Source: Bacteriovoracia bacterium (GTDB lineage: Bacteria; Bdellovibrionota; UBA1018; CAIPTA01). Taken from it: 64,000 nucleotides of DNA. The stretch spans positions 1,440,001 through 1,504,000 of the forward strand of contig JBFWVL010000001.1 of assembly GCA_050246755.1 (NCBI GenBank), given 5' to 3'. Every line of letters starts with the position of its first letter. The stretch's first letter is position 1. The position numbers were made by a program, and so were the translations under genes. This document shows positions 58,369-64,000 of this stretch, piece after piece. The notes beneath the pieces are model-generated. The model saw only the letters and a list, made by a program, of their open reading frames with translations. It was not told the DNA's origin and made no database searches.

Positions 58369-58991
58369 TCGGTTCTATTCTCCAGCGCACGGCCGAGGGT
58401 GCCGCGGTCGGCGTATTCGATCGATCCGCCCATGGGAAGGCCGTAGGCTATTTTATAGAGACGAACGCCAAGGGGCTTCATCAGACGCGTGACATAAAGT
58501 GCGGTAGCTTCGCCTTCCACGCTGGGGTTCAGCGCGAGCACGATTTCCTTTTTAGCGAGGGTGGGACTGGTATCCATCCAGCCGCGTACGCGGCGCAGGA
58601 GTTCCTGCACGCGTATTTGATCGGGACCGATACCGTCTACCGGGGAAAGAGTGCCGTGCAGCACGTGGTAAGTGCCTTTGAACTTCCCGGAGGATTCGAG
58701 GGCGCGCACGTCGCTCGGGCGCTCCACTACGCAAATGGAATCTTGGGAGCGAAGAGGATTCACGCAAATTTCGCAGAGATCGCTCTCGGTATAAGTGAAG
58801 CATTGGGCGCAGAGATGAATTTTTTCTTTGGCCTTGAGCAAAGCATCCGTGAGGCGGCGCACGCGATCGGAATCGGCGTTTAGCAGATGGTAGGCCAGGC
58901 GCGTGGCGGACTTTTCACCGATTCCCGGCAGCTTGGAAAGCTCGTGCACGAGTTGGGTGAGGGCGTCAGCGGTGGACGGAAGAAAAGACAT
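58362..58991 (-). CDS. recR: Recombination mediator RecR
   Basis: LPGIGEKSA.RLA, C4 zinc finger, CVVE..D, YHVLHG.LSP, EGEATA. Confidence 0.97.
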   Translation of the reverse strand: MSFLPSTADALTQLVHELSKLPGIGEKSATRLAYHLLNADSDRVRRLTDALLKAKEKIHLCAQCFTYTESDLCEICVNPLRSQDSICVVERPSDVRALESSGKFKGTYHVLHGTLSPVDGIGPDQIRVQELLRRVRGWMDTSPTLAKKEIVLALNPSVEGEATALYVTRLMKPLGVRLYKIAYGLPMGGSIEYADRGTLGRALENRTEC

Positions 58992-59009
58992 TAGGCCTCC
59001 GCCTTTAGC

Positions 59010-59351
59010 TTAGAACATGCCCGGGGGTAGGGGAAGGCCCCCGAACGCCCCGCCCATCATTTGGGATTCTAACTCTTTGGATTTTTTCAGGGCCTCGCTC
59101 ACGGCGCCCTTCACCATCTCGGAAAGCATTTCGGCATCGGCGCCCTCGAGGGCCTCGGGTGCGATCGTGAGGGAGAGCAATTCCTGCTTGCCACTCACCA
59201 CGGCCTTCACGGCACCGCCGCCGGCAGAAGCCTCCACCGATTTGGTGGCGAGCTCGGCCTGCATTTGTTCCATCTTTTTCTGCATCTGCTGTGCTTGTTG
59301 CATCAGCTGCTGCATATTTCCCATTCCGCCCATTGGTCCACGTGGTTTCAT
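59010..59351 (-). CDS. ybaB: YbaB/EbfC nucleoid-associated protein
   Basis: MQQLMQQAQQMQ...EASAGGGAV; lies between dnaX and recR. Confidence 0.93.
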   Translation of the reverse strand: MKPRGPMGGMGNMQQLMQQAQQMQKKMEQMQAELATKSVEASAGGGAVKAVVSGKQELLSLTIAPEALEGADAEMLSEMVKGAVSEALKKSKELESQMMGGAFGGLPLPPGMF

Positions 59352-59362
59352 GATTCCGTCTC

Positions 59363-61138
59363 CTAAGACTTGGCTTTATCTATATCAAAACTGGAAAGTT
59401 CCGCGCCAAAGATTTCTTTCGTGTTCTTCACGATCTCGTGAGAAAGAAAGCGCGTTTTTGCGTCTGCGGCACTTAGGGCCTGGCTCGTTTTTTCTTTTTC
59501 GCGCATGGAGGCCACGGGACTCTTTGCTTCGCTCTCGGCCACGGCTTCCAGCGCGAGGCGCACGGCGCGGTGGGTATAAGAGCGTAGGTGAGTTTGCAGC
59601 TGCTCAAAATTGGTTTTGTGCTGGGCCTGGAGCAAATAGAAAGAATGGCTTTTGCGGAATCCCAAACGGATGCTTTCAGCTTTTGCCCAATCGTCCGTGT
59701 CGCTCAGGGGCAGGGCATGTTCGAGCAGAGCCCCGAGGCTAGGTTTCTGCTGGAGCACATACTTCACGAAATCTTCGAAGTTGGGCACGCCCACGGGGCC
59801 GGCGGGAGTGCCGGGCAGGCCCGCGGTTTCCATTTCGGCCAATACGCTAACTTTTCCGGGCGGGGCCAGGATTGGAGCTACCGAAGGACTTTTTTTTTCC
59901 GCGAAGGATGGGGGCGCGACTGGGGCCTTAGCGGACGGAGGGGTTGCACGGGAAGCGTTAGCCCCGCCGGAAGAACCCAGCTGCATCGTTCCGTTCTGCA
60001 TGGTGCGCAATAATTCTTCGAGGGATTTCAGGTGCCCGATTCCCGCTAGGCGCGCTAGCGCCATCTCGAGGCTGGCTTTGGGCAGAGGGCTGCGCAAAAT
60101 TTCTTCGAGCGCGGTGGTCATGGCGCGGTAGGCGGCCTGAATGGTCTCCGGCGAAAGAGTTTGCACGAGCTCTTCGTACTCGGCTCTTTCCTCGGGAGAA
60201 AGCTCGGTGAGCGAGGCATCGGCGCGGAATTTCACGAAGAGTGCATTCCGGAGCGTTTCCGAAAGGCTGATCGCGATCTGCTTCATTTCGATGCCGCCGA
60301 GGAAGGCCTCCTGCACCATCGCCGCGGCCTCCACAAGTTCACGCTTGAAGGTGTGGTTCAATACTTTCACGAGAAACGTTTCGCTCACGATGCCGAGCGC
60401 TTCGCTCACGCTCTCGATGGTGAGCTCGGTGCCGCCGAGCGCGAGACACTGATCGAGAGAAGAAAGCGCGTCGCGCACGGAGCCCTCGGCTTTTTTCGCG
60501 ATCAAGCGGATAGCGGCCGGCGCGGCCTTGATTCCCTCGAGCTTCGAGAGCTTGGCCAAATGTTCGGCGATCTGGGTTTGCGGAACGCGGCGGAAATCGA
60601 ATCGCTGGCAGCGGGAAAGAATCGTGGCCGGGATTTTCTGTACTTCGGTGGTGGCGAGCAGGAACGTAACGTGAGGGGGGGGTTCTTCCAGCGTTTTCAG
60701 GAGCGCATTGAAGGCCGCGTTCGTGAGCATGTGCACTTCATCGATGATGTACACTTTCATGCGGCCGCGGGAAGGCAGGAACTTCACCTGCTCGCGCACT
60801 TCGCGCACGTTTTCTACGCCGTTGTTAGAGGCGCCGTCGATTTCCAGCACGTCGAGCGAAGAGCCGTTATTGATTTCGAGGCAGCTCGGGCATTTATCGC
60901 AGGCGATGCCGGGATGCTTACCGCCGGGCTGGGAATCTTTGTCTTCGCAACGCAAAGCCTTGGCAAAAATTCTGGCTACCGAAGTTTTTCCTACGCCGCG
61001 GGTGCCGGTGAGCAAATAGGCCTGGCCGAGTTTATTTTGCTTGAAGGCGTTGGTGAGCGTATGCGCGATATGCTGCTGGCCGACTAGCTCGGAAAACTGG
61101 CGGGGGCGGTATTTGCGGGCAAGTACGATGTACGACAT
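59363..61138 (-). CDS. dnaX: DNA polymerase III tau/gamma subunit
   Basis: LARKYRP, GTRGVGKT, EIDGASN, DEVHML, NALLKTLEEPP, SRCQ. Confidence 0.97.
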   Translation of the reverse strand: MSYIVLARKYRPRQFSELVGQQHIAHTLTNAFKQNKLGQAYLLTGTRGVGKTSVARIFAKALRCEDKDSQPGGKHPGIACDKCPSCLEINNGSSLDVLEIDGASNNGVENVREVREQVKFLPSRGRMKVYIIDEVHMLTNAAFNALLKTLEEPPPHVTFLLATTEVQKIPATILSRCQRFDFRRVPQTQIAEHLAKLSKLEGIKAAPAAIRLIAKKAEGSVRDALSSLDQCLALGGTELTIESVSEALGIVSETFLVKVLNHTFKRELVEAAAMVQEAFLGGIEMKQIAISLSETLRNALFVKFRADASLTELSPEERAEYEELVQTLSPETIQAAYRAMTTALEEILRSPLPKASLEMALARLAGIGHLKSLEELLRTMQNGTMQLGSSGGANASRATPPSAKAPVAPPSFAEKKSPSVAPILAPPGKVSVLAEMETAGLPGTPAGPVGVPNFEDFVKYVLQQKPSLGALLEHALPLSDTDDWAKAESIRLGFRKSHSFYLLQAQHKTNFEQLQTHLRSYTHRAVRLALEAVAESEAKSPVASMREKEKTSQALSAADAKTRFLSHEIVKNTKEIFGAELSSFDIDKAKS

Positions 61139-61248
61139 TATTTAGAAGGGCAGAAAGGCATAAGGGCAGAGGGGCATAGTGGAGGAGATCCGCAGCTTGC
61201 CATTTTGCCTTATGCTATTTTCCCCTTTTGCCTTTATTAAAATTTAGT

Positions 61249-61350
<102 letters not shown>

Positions 61351-61420
61351 AAGGAAAGAAATAGCGTATTGGGGGTGGGGGAACAAGGAAATTGCCCGAA
61401 TTGCCGCAGAGCGCATGGGC

Positions 61421-61448
61421 AAAAAAAGAGGCCCAGTTTAGGGCCTCT
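61421..61448 (-). terminator. Intrinsic terminator after the 61475-62863 gene
   Basis: On the minus strand: agaggccc-taaact-gggcctct followed by a T run. Confidence 0.8.
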
Positions 61449-61474
61449 CCGGAAACGATTTTTCTCTGCTAATT

Positions 61475-62863
61475 TCAGGGGATTAGAAACCTAATTTTCG
61501 CCAACCTTGGGTAAATCGTGTGTTCGCCGTCAATGGTGAAAGTGATGCCGACGTTTGACGCGAAAGATTCCTCATGGATTTTTCCGTGCGCAATGGCATC
61601 GGTAATGATCTCCTTGGCTTTCGCTTTTGCCTCCGCGTCGAATTGAGCGAGCTTATCGAGCTCGGGATATAGCTTTTCATTCATCGTTTTCAGCCAGTAG
61701 GTTCGGGCCAAGCGAGTGAGTCTGTCTTTGGATGCCAGCACGTCTTTTACCAGCGATTTCAAAACGGGCTCACAGCCGGCGGGTCTGCCGCTGCATTCCT
61801 CGCGAACGGTGCGGGTGATGTCGTCTTCTCCGGAAGACGGGAAGAAGGCCCCGGGAAAAAATCTCTGTAGTTCGCTGTACATCCAGGTGGACTTATCCAC
61901 TAGCGTGGGACCCCGTTCCGGAAAAAAGAAACCATCTTTAGAAATTTTGGCCTTTATGGAATGTGGCCCGTATTTCGTTTGCCACTGGTTGTAGCGTTTC
62001 ACGAAGGCCAGGTTGTTTTCTTTGGCGGCGTCTTCGATATATTTTTTGAAATTTGCTTCTTCATTCGACGTGAGATCGGCAGTCATTCTCGCGAACGTAT
62101 TGGCGTCCCCATCGCCGTAAGAAAATCCCAATTTCTTCATGCGTTCCAGAAAAGCAACGGAATCTATCGGCGTGGAATTTATCAGGCTGCTTACGAGGGC
62201 GCGGGTGGCGCGACTGTCTCGTTGTTCCTGCTCGAGCCGCGCCGTATGGTACACCAGCTCATGCAAGAAGAGCACGGCCCCGCTCAGCCGGGAGTGAGAA
62301 GGATGGTTGAAAAGCCGGGAGTCGATTTGCAGCTGGTCTTCGGATCCTGTGCGGTATTGGGTGGCCATGGTGGCCACTACGCAGCGGGAAGCGTCGATGT
62401 ACCCAACGTCGTTCTCGTCGTGCACGCGCTTGAGGCCGGCGGGACGCATGATAATCTTATCATCAGAAAATACCGCGGAGCCATTGCGGATCAGGTTCGC
62501 CGCCGCCGGAATGAAGGGGGCAAATCTCTGCGCAATTTTTTCGGAATAGGCGCGGACGCCCTCATTTGCGCCTATTCCGATGATGGAGGGAGCCATTCGG
62601 TCTAGACCGCGGGGCATTCGGGCCTCATAGAGATCGTAGGCTTCCACGGAAGTGATGATTCCCCCGGTAGTTTCGGCATCTAGGATCTGGCCGAAACGCG
62701 GGCTCTGAGGGTTGCGGATCGCGGCCGGAATAGTCGGATCGGCAAAACAAACCACGGAGTTTTCTCCGCCTCCGCTCTCGGATCCGCCCTCGGCGGCGAA
62801 AGTAGTGGATGCTCCCAGGCTGAGTGCCAGCGCAAATAGGATCAGGTGTTTCGGGTTACTCAT
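61475..62863 (-). CDS. Secreted hypothetical protein with an N-terminal Gly-rich motif and an HExxY motif
   Basis: Start MSNPKHL after a GAGGA RBS; signal peptide; GGSESGGG..VVC; LFLHELVYH. Confidence 0.75.
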   Translation of the reverse strand: MSNPKHLILFALALSLGASTTFAAEGGSESGGGENSVVCFADPTIPAAIRNPQSPRFGQILDAETTGGIITSVEAYDLYEARMPRGLDRMAPSIIGIGANEGVRAYSEKIAQRFAPFIPAAANLIRNGSAVFSDDKIIMRPAGLKRVHDENDVGYIDASRCVVATMATQYRTGSEDQLQIDSRLFNHPSHSRLSGAVLFLHELVYHTARLEQEQRDSRATRALVSSLINSTPIDSVAFLERMKKLGFSYGDGDANTFARMTADLTSNEEANFKKYIEDAAKENNLAFVKRYNQWQTKYGPHSIKAKISKDGFFFPERGPTLVDKSTWMYSELQRFFPGAFFPSSGEDDITRTVREECSGRPAGCEPVLKSLVKDVLASKDRLTRLARTYWLKTMNEKLYPELDKLAQFDAEAKAKAKEIITDAIAHGKIHEESFASNVGITFTIDGEHTIYPRLAKIRFLIP

Positions 62864-63656
62864 GGTCTTTTTCCTCGGTAATGGTTGAATTGGAAAGCGG
62901 GATGAGCTGAACGCCCAGATTGAAAACGTGGGTGCGGTTGCCCTGGTCCAGGAAAGCGCAAAGCTCGCGGCGGAACGTTTTGATGCGCGCTTTCGCTTCC
63001 GGAATGAGGGTGGGATCAACCGCCATCGTCATCGCGGTGATGTCCTTCATTTCTTGGGGCACGAGATCGATCGCGGCCAAAGCCTTCTGCAATAGCTGGC
63101 GCTGCAACTCTTTGAGGGCGGGGCCGGTTTGGCCTTCGGAGTAATTCGTGAGGAAGGCTTCGGTTTTCACGAGGCGCCCCTCTTTTCTTTCGAGTAATTC
63201 CAAACGCTCCAGGCGTTCGAGCGCCACCGAGGCTTCGGTGGCGCTGATACCGAGTTTTTTGGCGATCCATTTCGGGGAATCGCTAAAATTTTTCGTGAAG
63301 GTGAGCTCCAGGATGGCGTAGTGGTACCAGTCGGCCATTACGGCGAAGGCATCGGCGGAAAGCTGGTGAAAAGCCGGAACAGCGGTGGTGCTTTCCGGTT
63401 TCTTTTTCGGCAGGGCCGCAAGCAGCTGCGCTTTGGTGGCGGGCGGCACCGAGAGGCGGTTGCTGATTTTTTCTACGATCTTGGGAGAGATCCGGCGTTT
63501 GCCGGCCAGGATTTGCGATACGGAGGAAGCATCCATATCCAGCAATTTGGCGAAAGAGCGGAGGGAGAAGCGCGGGTTTTTCCGGCTTCGGTCCGTGAAC
63601 TCTTTCTGTAGCCACCACCGGAAATCCAGGGCGTTGTTTACTTGTTGGATGCTCAT
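62856..63656 (-). CDS. TIGR02147/DUF4423-like HTH protein
   Basis: RKNPRFSLRSFAKLLDM..SSVSQIL.GKR HTH; DWYHYAILEL; WIAKKLGIS; IKTFRREL; FNLGVQLIPL. Confidence 0.85.
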   Translation of the reverse strand: MSIQQVNNALDFRWWLQKEFTDRSRKNPRFSLRSFAKLLDMDASSVSQILAGKRRISPKIVEKISNRLSVPPATKAQLLAALPKKKPESTTAVPAFHQLSADAFAVMADWYHYAILELTFTKNFSDSPKWIAKKLGISATEASVALERLERLELLERKEGRLVKTEAFLTNYSEGQTGPALKELQRQLLQKALAAIDLVPQEMKDITAMTMAVDPTLIPEAKARIKTFRRELCAFLDQGNRTHVFNLGVQLIPLSNSTITEEKDHE

Positions 63657-63819
63657 GTTGCGATGCAATATAGCAACGCATTGCGGCGTAATCAATGGAT
63701 TTTGCCACAAAGTGTGGCAAAGTTTATGCCACACGAAAAACAGTTTCCAATCAATGAGTTATTAAAATTGCTAGGTCTGCTTTAAACTTTTAGGAAGTTC
63801 TAATTTTCGGAGAGTTTCC

Positions 63820-64000
63820 ATGAAACGTGCTCTTTTTTGCTTAGCATTAGCCCTGCTTTTTAGCGCCTGTTCTTCCGCCAAAGTGCGGATCCTTCCCGGC
63901 GCCAACGGCGTGAACAAAGTAGTCTCTTCCGATCATGAAAAAGAAGATGCCGAAGAAGCCGCGATCAAAGAAGCGAATAACTTTTGTGAGAAACAAAAAC
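63820..64000 (+). CDS. Lipoprotein, 3' end outside the window
   Basis: GGAG RBS; MKRALFCLALALLFSAC lipobox; frame open to the window end. Confidence 0.75.
   Translation, partial: MKRALFCLALALLFSACSSAKVRILPGANGVNKVVSSDHEKEDAEEAAIKEANNFCEKQK

Overview
Core-genome window, most likely from a Bdellovibrionota-type (predatory deltaproteobacteria-like) bacterium. The taxonomy is inferred from the short tandem flagellins, the ffs-dnaX-ybaB-recR-mglB-mglA order, a TIGR02147/DUF4423-like HTH gene, and many secreted proteases and peptidoglycan enzymes. Contents: two flagellins plus a FlaG-like gene; lpxH; tatC; two PPIases; a translation quality-control cluster (rlmE, mutS2, rqcH/NFACT, cca, rlmI-like); two active subtilases; dacB with an mltD-like gene; a papain-like protease and an M14 carboxypeptidase; a dcw cluster lacking mraZ, murF and ddl; SRP RNA; and dnaX-ybaB-recR-mglBA-dksA. 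No CRISPR array, tRNA, rRNA or mobile element was seen. Main observations: (1) mutS2 and rqcH lie head-to-head 24 bp apart, flanked by the CCA-adding enzyme and two rRNA methyltransferases; (2) a subtilase carries two Cys-bounded peptide cassettes and sits next to a catalytically dead subtilase-fold gene; (3) the dcw MurD has lost several catalytic motifs; (4) an A9 run in the dnaX linker has nearby stops in both shifted frames; (5) MglA has Ser21 while an MglB-like gene is retained; (6) recurring sigma28-like and leaderless promoter patterns. All calls come from reading motifs by eye; no database searches were run.
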